Below are positions 1 to 13,158 of a DNA stretch of 64,000 bases, piece after piece. Position 1 is the stretch's first letter, and every line of letters starts with the position of its first letter. The position numbers and the translations under genes were made by a program. The notes beneath the pieces were generated by a model. It was not told the DNA's origin. It ran no database searches and worked only from the letters and a program-made list of their open reading frames with translations. The DNA comes from Antedon mediterranea (taxonomy: Eukaryota; Animalia; Echinodermata): contig NC_092680.1 of assembly GCF_964355755.1 (NCBI RefSeq), forward strand, positions 9,486,001 to 9,550,000, in the 5' to 3' direction.

Positions 1-3000
1 TTATTCATAGACAAACATGTACATAACGATGCTTAAATAAAGAGTATATGCCTATCATATTATATATGAGTAATTTTAGATATTTTTTATAAAATAATAG
101 TCTTGCATATTCTAAAATATATTTACATGTTTTAGATACGGAAATTTTCATTATTTAAAAAAAAAACTTTCTAATCAAATGAAGACTAGTAGACATTGCT
201 CTATAACATTGATATAAAAAACACATTATGAGCAAGGAGAACTGCACTTATACATATTTGTATTAAACCTACTTCAATATTGTCCAAACATCTGGAACTG
301 ATTGTAATTGAAAATGCGTTAAAATCCCACCTAATGGATGATGAGAATATTTTAACATCGATTTTTTGTGTTCATTGGATATAGGTTGGCCTGTATATTA
401 TAACATACCAAAAATGTACGCAGTGTGGACCTCTCCAAGCCCATGGACTAATAAGAGTTTGTTTTTACACCATTCCATACTTGTACATCATATTCATAAT
501 CCTGCTTCTACATCTTAACAATTATTTCCTTGTCTCTTTCCTTGACTTGTAACCCGTTTTGACTTTCACTACTTCAGTAGCTCAAACCTGTGGCCATGTC
601 AAAATATCAGTCTGTGCAATGCTATCCAACAACTTGATAGCCTTGGTATGTGTTCTTTCCAGATGAAATTTTCTTTAAGTTGTGTCCTTCCATCATAATC
701 GTATCAGCTTTCTATAAATATATTGAGCTGGATGGAACAACCCGGTTGTACCATGTACTTCAGTAGCCACACTTTTTCAAATGATTTTAATAAAATTCTC
801 TACTGCCAAATTCCATACCAGTACAACAGTCACTATAACTGTTATCTAATCGGATACATAAAGTATAGTTACGTTAATAATTGACAATCCGTTTCTTTTT
901 TTCATTCATTCATTTATTTATTCAGGGGTTGCGACAGCAACAATGCGCTATAACACAAGAGTGTCCGTTCATTGAAAAACTATTTTATATTTTCAAACAA
1001 GTTATTAACAAAGTAATTATTTCGCTTATAAAAAATAAAAATAAAGAAACCCATTGCTTTCCAGACTAATAAAAGTTCTTTAAATAATAATTAAATAATG
1101 TTTCGTTTCTATCAAAATGTTTTGTCAAAGGGAATGACTATTATGTGACATTAAAGTGGCTTAGTCAATAATTTAAAAAAGTATGGGTTTATTTAAGCCT
1201 TTGACTTTGTGTCTCCAGAAGAAAGAAAATATGAAATGTTATTTTGAATCTTTAAGATCACATTTATATTTATACTTAATACATTCTTATTCAAAATATT
1301 CGAGTTTAAGATATACCACAATTTTATATAGTGTAATGAAATGATCTTTGACCTAGACTCCATAGGCACAATTGTATTTGTTATTCTGAATCTTAGGATC
1401 ATGTTTATTGTGTTTAATGCATTTTTATACAAAATACTTAGTGGTTAAAAAGATAATTGAACAAGTTTTCAAATGGCAGCTATTTTGTATTATGAATATT
1501 AGGAATTACTAATAGACAACTCAGGATAGATATTGGAATATATAGGCATATATGTTTTAAAACATGTTTTCCATTTTTTTTTGTACTGAAAAAGCTATAC
1601 CACATACATCTGTATATTACAAGTAAATGTAAATTTCAACCATTTATCTAGAAACCTGCAGTACACAAAAATTACATGATTACCCACGATAAATATTACA
1701 AAAATAGATCTCACAAAAACAATTCGCAAATTCTTTTTCGTTTTTCGTAGGTGCCATATCATTAATTGAGGGCAAAATTCACGTGCCAAAATCGTAACAT
1801 TTGCTATGTTTTTTTGGGAAAACATCACACACAATTTTTCTCCAAAAATATTTAATTTTTTTGATTGATTAACCGAAGTATGAAGAAAATCCATTTATTT
1901 GTTTGTACTTATTAAATGAAATAGGTCCATGGTAGTCAACCGCTCTTAAATATTAACATAATGATATTAAAAAAACTCTATTCAATATCAGGTAGTAAGC
2001 AATATTAAATAAATTTAATAATAGAGTTCTTTATTCTGATATTCAATAACATAAGTTATAAAAATTATACTTAGTTACTCTAATCAAAATTAAAATATCG
2101 ATTTTCTCGTAAACTCATAAAAACAAGTTGTTGTTGAACATCAATAAGAAACTAATAAAAAGATAGATTTAATATAAGCACAATTCCAGCTATAATAAAT
2201 AGTTCGTGTATTTGATTAAAAATATGATTAGGCTAAAAGGAATATATTTTCTACATTTTTTAACAGAAAAATATTGTATAGAAACCTTATTATAAAAAAA
2301 TTTTATGACGAAATATAGAAAAGAATAATTTTGTTTACTAAAACAACTGATAAAGGACGTGTCTGTGGGGGTGGAGAGGAGTCCATGTACAACCTCTGCG
2401 CTTGGTATATTGTGTCTTGCAATCAAAATAAATAATTCTTCTCTTTCGCCCGGCTTTCAATAATTAAAGTTCACGAATACAATTAATCATCGATTATTAA
2501 TCAACTAACCGCTTTCATTATTATTATTGAATTAATTCGCCGATTTCATCTAACCGAATATCGAAGGCGTTTGGAATTTGACCGCGGAGAGAACCGCATT
2601 GGACGGATCACTTTCAGGATTATTTTCCGGTCGTACATAAACTTGATAGGTCCGGCTTCGCTAGACATACAATAAAACCTGAAATAGCCTATCCATAAAT
2701 ATGTTACGAACACCTTATGAATTGAATTTTCCGTTTTTCCCCACGTCACATATGCCTACCAGTACCTCTGATTAAATAAATATTTGATGTAAATCATAGC
2801 CTAATGCGATTAGACGAAAACAATTGTTTCAACAATAAAATCGTTTTAGTTTTAAAATACATTTCTATTATACCCGTCAGTTTAAATGCATCATCTATCT
2901 TTCTATTGGAATATGTTGTTATGAGTGTTTAGGTGTTTCATGCTGAAATAGTATAAACCAAATAAAATCAAATAATGGATAGGTTAATTTGTTATCGTTT

Positions 3001-4229
3001 CTTGACTTAATAAAATCACGTAGGCTATAGTTTATTTTCTCTAGTCGTCTGAGTATAGCTGAGTGAGTCTTTCAAAATTTACAAAGTTGCCTTAATTAGT
3101 AGAATGCATGACTTACCGCACTAACAGGATTTTGTTGTCTGTAATACTAACTTACTTCATCGTGTAATCTATTCGGCCTACTGATCGATCATGACTTCTT
3201 CCGATGATTTTGCGTCTAAATTTTTATGACGTCATTTATAGAACTTCGGCGCTCACCGTACCGTGAGTAGAGTCGAACGTACCAAATACACACAAGTTTG
3301 GGGGCATTATTTGTTAATAGCAGGCAACCATGTTGAATATGCTTTGTGGGGTGACAAAAACGAGAGGGGTGGATGCAATCTTTAGTATATGTTGTCAAAA
3401 GGTCAAACAAGGTAAAACTTTAGGATATTTATTTTATTCACGGAAATCATCTACATCAACAGATCTAACCAAAAAGTAATAATATATATAATTCTGTATT
3501 ATATAACATCTGTTAAGTACACTCAGTTTTATAATAGACTTTTACCAGTCGGTGGTTATTTGTATTTTTTTATGTTGTCCACCAGTCAGCGTTTCGATTT
3601 TTTTTCGGAAAAATAGGTCAAGTATAATACGTATGAAATGCCATATGTGCCAAAATATTGGTTTTTTACTATAATATTATTAATATTACCTATAATAACG
3701 TAACATTGAGAACGAAAACAAAGACTTCCTATATGACCTAATGTTGAGACGTTTTTGATGGGGCCTTTGGAAACAGAGGGCCCCCTATAATGTAATTGTT
3801 TAAACATTTGTGTTGTCCACTCTTTCAATGATGCAAGTTTTTGTTGAAGTTTGTGTTTCAAGAAATCTCGAAAAAGAAACCTGGGTTTGAGTCTTTATTT
3901 AAAAAAAAACTCCAAAAACTATTGGTTGGAAGAAGTGGTAAATGGGTTCTCCTTTTTTAGGCCTTCGCGTCTATACTATCTTGGCTGACGGTGATAACAG
4001 ACATGAAACTCCTTAAGTAATTAAGAGGTCCTTTGTACACATGGATAAAGACTGCTTATACGTTATTTACAAACATTACGTTCGCCCACACCTGGAATGA
4101 TGTGTCCAGGTATGGAATCCTTATCTCCAAAAAGTCATACACGCACTTGAAAGAGTAGGCCTACAACGTCGTGCGACCAAACTAATTCCAGATATCCATT
4201 TGTATTCATATAAAGATCGTTTAAAGTGT

Positions 4230-4565
4230 CTTGGCCTAACAACCCTGTATGACAGACGAATTCATGGTGACTTGATTTAAACAATCAAAATTGTCAAACG
4301 TTTCGAGGGTGTAGCCAAAGAAGACTTCTTTCAAATGATGCAATGTATTTTAAGTAGAAATACACGAGAACATCAGCTTAGACCTTTCAAACCTAAATGT
4401 CACAAAGGACTGAACTGTAGGAGATCCACTTTTCACATTTATATAGTATATTCGAATAGTCCGAAGTCGTCATTCCTGAAACCACCAACACATTTAAAAA
4501 CCGATTGGATTCGTTGTAGAAATGGGGTAAAAAGGCACACACTGACCCATCTAAACTAAACTAAT
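4230..4565 (+). mobile_element. CR1-type LINE 3'-end remnant
   Basis: Translates to GLTTLYDRRIHGDLI*TIKIV...FF...TREHQLRPFKPK, matching the CR1 ORF2 C-terminal pattern (L..RR.RGDLI..FKI...TRGH..KL.K); ends in a short ctaaa repeat. Confidence 0.65.
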
Positions 4566-6960
4566 CAGAACCAAATATTTCAAACACTGAGTGGATGATC
4601 AATAGATTCAAAATAGAATCATTTGTATAACAAGAAACGTTGTAATTCAGTGATAGGTTCTGCATGACATGGTAGACTGATCACAAATCACACAGAATAC
4701 ACAATATTCTTTCGATCTGACAGATGATGAGGAAGATCTCACATTTAGTAATTCTTATTGAAAGAAAAAAAAAACTTCATGAGCCAATGAGGGAGCATCG
4801 AAACAAGGCAACTGTTTCGATAAAATATATAAAAAAAAGTGTAAAAAAAGCAAAACTGACTGGAGTTGGTGAATATTATAGAGTATGATGGTGTCAAACA
4901 TTTGGTGACTATGCAAGTATTTATGCAAGTTACCTAGATATTTCATCATGTTTGACCATTCCATTAGAAAGGGTTGTATGTACTCTGTACTTCAATGTGT
5001 TTTGGGCCACATTCATCGGTGATGCAGATGTTACCGAAAGCAAGCATGTGTGGTTGTGTTTCGATCGTTTGCTGTTATCCACCTGGTCATAAGAAGAAGA
5101 AATACCCGCCCTAAAGCGTTTACCTCTTCCGATCCCAGAAAAGTTCCGGATGTTGACATTGGGCCCATTACTCCCAACCCACAACATCTCTCTGACCGTT
5201 TTTAAATGAAATTTAAGACCTTCCAGTAGGCCTCCAATTCCGGTTATTTTGATACTCTTGACTCATCCTCTCCATCCCTTTCCAGAAGTGATTCAAATAC
5301 TTTCAAGTTTAAAATCTTCAATTATTGACCTTTAAAACTTGTAAGTTGAAAAATTGATGAACTTGACCATCTTCCGCAATATGTCAATAATGATCCAATA
5401 ATGGTTACATTTGTTTTAATTAGCTTATTAAAACCCTATTTTACCATATTTGACCTTATCCTTGAAAATTACCTTTTACCTGAAATTTGAGAGCGACATC
5501 CACCCCTATCTGTTTTTTCATCCCATAAGGGATATATTCCCCTAGAATACCATCACTGACAGAAGGGTGTGTCGCGTGTCGGATTACTGAAATGACCGTA
5601 CTCAGAACCAACCCAGTGGGCAAAAACTGGTAAACGGTAAAACAAATTGTTGTTACGTCGCAGAATCCATCAATAAACATTTCATAAATACTATTCTTTC
5701 TAATCTTTAATTTCTATAAAAACATAAAATCATATTCAATCGGGTGTTATCAAATCATCAGGCAAAATAAATCCAAGCAACAATAAAATACATCGTGGAT
5801 GTTCTCATGTACCAAAGTTTAGTATCCAAAATTTAATATACTAATCAGTTTGCAACACGTTTCTCAAATAACTTAATTGAATAATTAATAAATATTGACT
5901 GAATAACACACAATTATAGCCTACAACTGTCACACGCCACGCCAAGTGTTTTGTGCTGAAAAAGTCCTCATGAATGGCAATACACTATACAGTAATTCCA
6001 TTGTGTTGATTATTCAATAAACAGTCGTCTCGATTCTTGTGTTGACATTGTCCTATACTTTACAAAAGTGTGGAAACATTTTTTCCAAACCTGAAACAAA
6101 TTTAATCAATCTAGTTTTAAACAAAATAATACAGTTTTTAACAAATTAAAATATATTGTCCACAAAATACATGAATACTTTGAATAGCTGGCTATTTTTC
6201 AATTTTAATCAAGCTACTTGCTGTAGAACATAAACAACAACAATGATTTCACTTTAAAAGACAAAATATACAGTTAACAAAAAACCCATTGTCTAACCAG
6301 ACAATTTGGCTATTTTTAACGTAAAATTCAGGTAAATAACTTTTAGAAATCAAATTTTAGTTAAATTAATAACTTTTATGCTGAAATTAAAAATAAAATA
6401 TTCAACAAAACATTTTATCAACATTTTCAGGGGGAAAATTATATTTAAGGATGAGTCTTTCACATTTGTTAAAAATCATAACATACAGAAAATTCAGTTA
6501 TATCATTTCACTCGCTTTACACTTAAACAATGCATACGCAATCACTATATAAGGCACAGGATTGGTTAAAGCATAACAAGCATAAATAAACAGAATATAG
6601 TATTAGCTAATTTTGCACAATAAAACATATAATAAGCTCTTATATAACCTCTTTCTCCTTTTTTGCATAACTTATGTAAGCTTTAAAGCAGCTATTATGC
6701 GCTTTTTTTGCACTGCTAATGCTAATTTTGCTTTTTCATCGAAATTGCTATTTCTATTTTACCTTGATTTTAAATGCATTTGTGAGAAAATAAATTGAGG
6801 ATAGTAAAACAATTAAAAAAAAAAAATGTTTATTGTATTTAAGCAAAATATTTTTTTTCTTTATATACAGTAATTGTGTGTAGGTATATTATGTGTACAA
6901 CCAGAACATTCTAAAATTGTTTACTGAAAATCTCATCCACCTCTTAGAAATAAACCCCCT

Positions 6961-7363
6961 TGTCATATTAAATGTTGTGATTCTCTGTGTTTAGAGAAGG
7001 ATGCTTTAGACCAGGTCCGCCTTATTATTAGCCAATCAAAATCGTATAATTTTTGGAGGGAAAATGTTATCCTCCTCTGAAGCCTAAAATTTGCATATCC
7101 AGTATAAAAGTAGAATGTAATAGATATTAGAGGAGAAGAGAGAATAAGATCAGAGTAGATAAACGGAAAGATGATAAGGAAAATATTAAGGCTTGACTGG
7201 TAGTGGTAGAAAGATGTATTAAACGAATTACAAGGAATAAAAGTTCTAGTTGAGTTAAATATACTTTTTGTATGAGTTATCATTCAGTGACAGCAGTGTA
7301 CGTCGCGTGGAAATTATATACGCCTGAGAAAGCTCGGAACCAACTAAAGATAAATTCACTACA
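6961..7363 (+). repeat. 5' LTR of Gmr1-like element
   Basis: TGTCAT...ACTACA, direct repeat of 11685-12086 (one 1-bp indel seen near the 3' end); contains TATA-like tataaaa and aataaa. Confidence 0.95.
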
Positions 7364-7377
7364 TGGTGGCAGCGGTG
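7364..7377 (+). promoter_or_regulatory. Primer binding site, tRNA-Leu type
   Basis: TGGTGGCAGCGGTG immediately after the LTR, complementary to the 3' end of tRNA-Leu (..CACCGCTGCCACCA). Confidence 0.85.
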
Positions 7378-7737
7378 AAAATTTTTGTTTAAGATACATG
7401 ATTTAAGTATCAAGAAGAAGAAGAAGAAGAAGAAGTGACAGTGCCTACTCTACGGGCCTGTTAAATCAGTAACCAAAAAGTTAAATGGTTACGAAGATCT
7501 GGATTCCTGACAGTTTTTATACCGTGCGTTGTTTGGATATTACAACGAAGAAGAAGTACTGTTGAGCTCTACAGACTTAAATTTAGAAATTCAAACAGAG
7601 TTAAAGATATGTCCATCAGGGAATGGCTGAATGAGCTCTCCCGTTATTTAAAATGTTGGATGAAATGTGCTAATGTAAAAGAAGATGATGCTGCAGGCAT
7701 TATTGAAATGATTATAATGTAACAGGCACTTGATAAA

Positions 7738-9759
7738 ATGCCTGAAGATCTGAGGCTTTATCTTAGAGATAAACAAGTAAATAAGAGCTATGATATGGCT
7801 ATGATAGCCGATGATTATATAGCTAATAGAGGTGGCCGTGGCTATTGGAATGCCGTAAATTCTGAAAATAAGCCTACGTGTTATAAGGGCCAAGAAAATA
7901 GTAAACCTAAGAATAGTACGACTCAGAATAACCCTGGAGCTAGGCAGCAAGGATACAATAGGTATCGCGGAAGGGGAGGCAAATTCCATAACTATGGTAG
8001 AAATTTCCAACAGAGAGAACCTTCAAATGAATGGATTAATGGCCTATGCTTTAATTGTAAGGAGAAGGGACATAAAATAGGGGATTGTCCTAAGATGGTA
8101 GCAAAAGGAAAGACTAGTGACACTAAGAAGGGCCCGAATGTGAAAGATGGCTTAAGATGTGAAGGAATAAAATCAGATAGACCCCAAGTAGTTATGGATA
8201 GTGTAGAAAATAAAATGGAGAAGTGTACAATAACAGGAAAATTAGAAGGACAGGATATAACTATGCTTAGAGACTCGGGATGTACCCAGTCAGCTGTTAA
8301 GGAAAGTCTAGTGCCTAACAAATGTTATTTGCCAGGAAAATGGGTTACGTTAAAAGGTATAGGAGGCGATATTACCGTCCCCTTAGCTGAGGTAGCTATA
8401 GAAAGTAAGATAGTGACAGGAAAAGTGATTGTAGCCGTAATCGAAGGATTACAGAGGGACATGTTATTGGGTCATGATTTGGACCAGAATTGTGGGGAAA
8501 CAATGGCTAAAGAAATGTTCGTCCTAACTAGGGAGCAAGCCAGAATAGAAAATGATGTTAGAATACAAGACGAAATGATATTGTTAGGGAAAGATAGTAA
8601 CTTTAAGCCGATAGAAGAGCCGCCTAAAGAAAATAATGTACAATTGTTGAAAACAGTAGTAAATGACAACAAAGTAAATAAAACTAAGTGTTTAGATGAT
8701 ATGAATGGAACAGAAATGAATAATTTGTTTGACAAAAATGAGGATAAAGCTAAAGATAAAACAGTCAAACATAAAACTTATGAACAACAGCACAAGCTGA
8801 ACCTAACTAAACAAGAACTGATCAAATTGCAAACTAAGGATGACTCACTCAAAGGAGTGTTTGACAGGGTAGTCCCTATAGAAGAAATAGGTCAGCATAG
8901 GGTATGTTTCTTTATGAGACAAGGTATATTGATGAGAAATTGGAGTAGTATTAAAGATAAGAATAACCAAGTGGAACAGATTGTATTACCCACTCAGTGT
9001 AGACAGGGTGTATTACACTTAGGTCATAATGTGCCATTTGCAGGTCACATGGGTGTTGAGAAAACTAAAAGTAGAGTCCTGAACCAATTCTATTGGCCAG
9101 GTATATTTAAAGATGTGGTAGTCTATTGTAAAGTCTGTAAGGAATGCCAAAAGGTAGATAAGGGTAAAAGTAAAAGGAAACATACTTTGATACCATTACC
9201 GATTATAAGTACACCATTTAAACGTATAGCGATAGACATTGTTGGACCCTTATCTAGAACAAGCCGTAATAACAAATATATGCTTACTATAATTGACTAT
9301 GCTACGAGATATCCGGATGCTATCCCGTTACCCAATGTTAGAGCTGAAACAGTAGCCAGGGCTCTAATAGAAGTCTTTACTAGAGTAGGATTACCCGAAG
9401 AGATTGTACATGATCAAGGAACTAATTTCATGTCTTCAATTATGCAATCTATATGTAGTATGTTGGGGATTAATCAATTAAAGACTACAGTGTACCACCC
9501 CCAAAGCAATGGGCTTGTTGAAAGATTTCACGGTACATTGAAAAATATGATAAGGACACTTACAGTTAAGCAAAGAAAAAATTGGGATAACTACATACCC
9601 CCCTTTCTGTTTGCATACAGAGAAGTTCCTAGTAAAGCGACGGGCCATTCACCTTTTAAATTGCTTTATGGTAGAGAGGTGAGGGGACCCTTGAGTTTAC
9701 TCAAAAGTAATTGGGTAGAAGATGAAGAAACATCTACTGTGTTATCAAATACATGTTAG
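7738..9759 (+). CDS. Gmr1-like polyprotein part 1: SCAN-like capsid C-terminus, CCHC zinc knuckle, aspartic protease, integrase (H2C2 + DDE core)
   Basis: MPEDLRLYL..AMIADDY; CFNCKEKGHKIGDC; LRDSGC; GHNVPFAGHMG..CKEC; IAIDIVGP, HDQG, NGLVERFH; gag N-terminus appears deleted. Confidence 0.9.
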   Translation: MPEDLRLYLRDKQVNKSYDMAMIADDYIANRGGRGYWNAVNSENKPTCYKGQENSKPKNSTTQNNPGARQQGYNRYRGRGGKFHNYGRNFQQREPSNEWINGLCFNCKEKGHKIGDCPKMVAKGKTSDTKKGPNVKDGLRCEGIKSDRPQVVMDSVENKMEKCTITGKLEGQDITMLRDSGCTQSAVKESLVPNKCYLPGKWVTLKGIGGDITVPLAEVAIESKIVTGKVIVAVIEGLQRDMLLGHDLDQNCGETMAKEMFVLTREQARIENDVRIQDEMILLGKDSNFKPIEEPPKENNVQLLKTVVNDNKVNKTKCLDDMNGTEMNNLFDKNEDKAKDKTVKHKTYEQQHKLNLTKQELIKLQTKDDSLKGVFDRVVPIEEIGQHRVCFFMRQGILMRNWSSIKDKNNQVEQIVLPTQCRQGVLHLGHNVPFAGHMGVEKTKSRVLNQFYWPGIFKDVVVYCKVCKECQKVDKGKSKRKHTLIPLPIISTPFKRIAIDIVGPLSRTSRNNKYMLTIIDYATRYPDAIPLPNVRAETVARALIEVFTRVGLPEEIVHDQGTNFMSSIMQSICSMLGINQLKTTVYHPQSNGLVERFHGTLKNMIRTLTVKQRKNWDNYIPPFLFAYREVPSKATGHSPFKLLYGREVRGPLSLLKSNWVEDEETSTVLSNTC

Positions 9760-11582
9760 ACATAAGAGAAAAAATTGAGGAATTAATGAAAGATGCTAAT
9801 GTAAACAAACTTGAACAACAAGAAATTATGTCCCACAATTATAACAAGAATGCTATTGATAGAGAATTTGTAGAAGGGGACAAAGTGTTGATATTCCTTC
9901 CAGTAGGAAATAGTAAGTTAGACAGTAAATGGCAAGGCCCCTTCACTGTTACAAAAAAGGTCAGTGATGTAAATTATGAAATATACATAGGAGGTAGAAG
10001 AAAAGAAAAACAAATTCTACATGTTAATATGTTAAAGAGATGGTATGATAAAGTAGAAATAAGTAAAGATGGTTATTATGTAGTAACAAATGTTCAGTCG
10101 ATAGAAGAAGTAGACTTAAATGAAACAGTCCATGACAATGAGTTAGATAGTGAAATAGACATAGGATTGTCTTATCATCAATCACAAACATGGAGAGATG
10201 TTAACGTTAGTAGTAATTTAAATGATACACAAACTAAACAATTAACAGAATTGTTAAAGTACCAACAGAATGTATTTTCGGATGTACCAGGTAGAACTCA
10301 CTTAGTGACACATGAAATTAGGACTAATGGTGAAATGCCTATAAGGCATAGGGCATATAGAACGCCCCAAGCATTAAAGGGTAAATTGAAAGAGGAATTA
10401 GATAGTATGTTGGCTATGGGTATAATAGAACCTACAGTTAGTGCCTATGCTGCACCTATTATTGCCCTGAAGAAAGGCCAGAATCAAATTAGAATGGTGA
10501 CAGATTTTAGATCACTAAATAAGACTACACAATTTGACCCTTATGTTATGCCTCGCATAGACGAAATGTTGGATGAGGTATCATCCGCAATATACATAAC
10601 TACATTAGATCTAACTAAAGGATTTTACCAGGTGCCTTTGGATCCTAAGATCAAAGACAAATCAGCATTTATTACACAATTTGGACAGTATTGTTACAAT
10701 GTACTTCCATTTGGTATGCAAAATAGCTCTAGTACTTTCCAAAGATTAATGGATAAGGTATTACAAGGTACTGAGGGATATGCTAAGGCATATATAGATG
10801 ACGTATGTAAGATGCATTTATAGTCAAACTTGGAAAGATCATATTTTTCATTTGAATGATGTATTAGAAAGATTAAGTAGTGCTGGATTGACAGCAAAGC
10901 CTTTGAAATGTAAAATTGCCTATGCACAGGTAGAATTTCTGGGGCATAAGATTGGTAATGGAGAAATTAGACCCATGATTGATAAGGTTGAGGCTGTGGA
11001 AAAGTTCCCCAGACCTTTGTCTAAGAAACAAGTCCGATCATTTCTCGGATTAACTGGCTATTACAGAAAATTTGTACAGAACTATGCCGATATTGCTAAG
11101 CCATTGATTGATTTAACTTTAAAGAGTAAAAGTAATACCGTTAAGTGGAATGAACAATGTGAAAATGCCTTTGTAACTTTAAAGAAACGACTTACTGATG
11201 ATAATGTATTAAAAGCCCCAAATTTTGATAAGATGTTTATATTGCAAACCGATGCCTCAAATTATGGCATAGGTGCAGTGCTGAGCCAAATAGATGGTGA
11301 GGGTAATGATTATCCCATTGTGTACTTAAGTAGAAAGTTATCTGTACATGAGCAGAGATATTCTGTGCCAGAAAAAGAGTGCCTCTCTATTGTTTGGGCT
11401 ATCAATAAACTTAAGTATTATCTGTATTATCTGACCACCAGGCATTGAGATGGATGGACTCAATGAAGGGTGCCAATGTTAGACTTATGAGATGGGCTCT
11501 GTTTTTACAAGGATATAAATTTAAAGTTATTTACAAGAAAGGATCATTAAATGGAAACGCAGATGGATTAAGCCGTGCATAA
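9753..11582 (+). pseudogene. Gmr1-like polyprotein part 2: integrase C-terminus, RT, RNase H (frameshifted)
   Basis: WQGPF, LDLTKGFYQV, LPFGM, YIDD, LQTDASNYGIGAVL; frameshifts near 9755 and 10810; short deletion and stop near 11430-11448. Confidence 0.9.
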
Positions 11583-11684
11583 ATATATTATAGAGGTGTT
11601 ATTAGTAGATAGTTTAAAGTAAAATGGTTTTAAATGTTAAAATTTTTGGAAAGATTGACACAATCTTTTTCCCAAAAAGGGGAA

Positions 11685-12086
11685 TGTCATATTAAATGTT
11701 GTGATTCTCTGTGTTTAGAGAAGGATGCTTTAGACCAGGTCCGCCTTATTATTAGCCAATCAAAATCGTATAATTTTTGGAGGGAAAATGTTATCCTCCT
11801 CTGAAGCCTAAAATTTGCATATCCAGTATAAAAGTAGAATGTAATAGATATTAGAGGAGAAGAGAGAATAAGATCAGAGTAGATAAACGGAAAGATGATA
11901 AGGAAAATATTAAGGCTTGACTGGTAGTGGTAGAAAGATGTATTAAACGAATTACAAGGAATAAAAGTTCTAGTTGAGTTAAATATACTTTTTGTATGAG
12001 TTATCATTCAGTGACAGCAGTGTACGTCGCGTGGAAATTATATACGCCTGAGAAAGCTCGGAACCAACTAAGATAAATTCACTACA
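11685..12086 (+). repeat. 3' LTR of Gmr1-like element
   Basis: Direct repeat of 6961-7363, preceded by the PPT aaaaaggggaa. Confidence 0.95.
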
Positions 12087-12090
12087 CCCC

Positions 12091-12602
12091 TTTTATGTAA
12101 TAGAATAATCTAACCATTAACAAGTCACTAAACAATACATTACCCTTGATATAATGGTACAACCCACCATTAAAAAAAGATCTAGAAAACTAAGATATCT
12201 TAGGGGTTAGTTTTCTAGATTTTAGTTTTCTAGACACCCATCATCGGATCTAGAAAACTAAGACCTAAGATATCTTAGTTTTCTAGATCTAGAAAACTAA
12301 GATATCTTAGGTCACATAATAGTTATACACTTTGACTAACTTGTCATTTGGTGAAAAAAATTATCATTTAAATCGGTAAAATTTTCAAACGTTTTTTCGA
12401 AAAGCCATAATTATTGGTGGATCGTACAATTAAAGATGCAAAAATAATTATTTTAGAAAAATATATGCCATTTTATTGTATAATAATTATCCACTTTGAC
12501 CAAAAAATTGATCAGTAAAATATTTATTTACCTGATTAAACTTTACCTTTAAAAAAATAAATAAAATAGTAAAATTTGTTGAATTTAACTAAACATTTTT
12601 TT
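12091..12602. repeat. Local duplication copy A (~510 bp) containing a palindromic tctagaaaactaa array
   Basis: Matches 16688-16737 joined to 21704-22271, with a few substitutions and one fewer ~110-bp repeat unit. Confidence 0.9.
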
Positions 12603-12749
12603 TGTCACATATGTTCTGTTAATATGTTAATTATATTTGTTTGTTATTTGCTAATTATGCAAACTACGTTACGCTCGGTGAATTAATAAAACAGTTGAAT
12701 TAAAAGAACCGTGTTGACGAGTCACACTTGTAATATGGTGTTAGAATAG

Positions 12750-13158
12750 TTGAAATTTAAGCCGCCTCCACCCTTCGATTTTGATGGTCCTAGTGTGTCT
12801 GCTGCTTGGAAAAGGTGGAAACAGAGATTTACATTCTTTCTGAAAGCGACTGGCAGTTCACGTAAAAGTGGTGAAATAAAGGTAGCAATTTTAATTACTA
12901 CACTGGAAGGGCGTGGCTTAGATATTTACAACAACTTTACGTTCACTGATCTTGTAGGCGAACCGGGTCAGGAAGGTTATGTCCCAGCAGAGGACAATAA
13001 TGATTTTGATACAGTAATGTCAAAGTATGATGAACACTGTAATAAACGGGACCCAATAATGGCGTTACGAGCGCAATATTGGCAATATGAACGACCCGAA
13101 GGTCAGGGTTTGGATGAGTTTGTGAATGACTTAAGAACAATGGCGGTGAATTGTAAAT
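12750..13158 (+). pseudogene. Mag-like gag N-terminal part (up to the inversion breakpoint)
   Basis: KPPPPFDF..AAWKRWKQRF..LRTMAVNCK; in the un-inverted element it continues as FVDQDGTIRDK (now on the - strand). Confidence 0.85.

Larger units (their letters stand above)
6961..12086 (+). mobile_element. Gmr1-like Ty3/Gypsy LTR retrotransposon (gag-PR-INT-RT-RH), decayed
   Basis: Near-identical TG..CA LTRs 6961-7363 and 11685-12086; 5-bp TSD CCCCT (6956-6960 / 12087-12091); PBS TGGTGGCAGCGGTG at 7364; polypurine tract 11674-11684; integrase ORF precedes RT. Confidence 0.95.

Noticed and set aside
6963-7283. Identical 106-aa minus-strand ORFs at 6963-7283 and 11687-12007
   Set aside because: They lie inside the two LTRs; the identity reflects LTR duplication, not a gene
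12178-12312. Palindromic repeat arrays (also 21742-21981, 30730-30805, 48951-49105) as possible CRISPR
   Set aside because: No unique spacers of constant length, no cas genes, eukaryotic context
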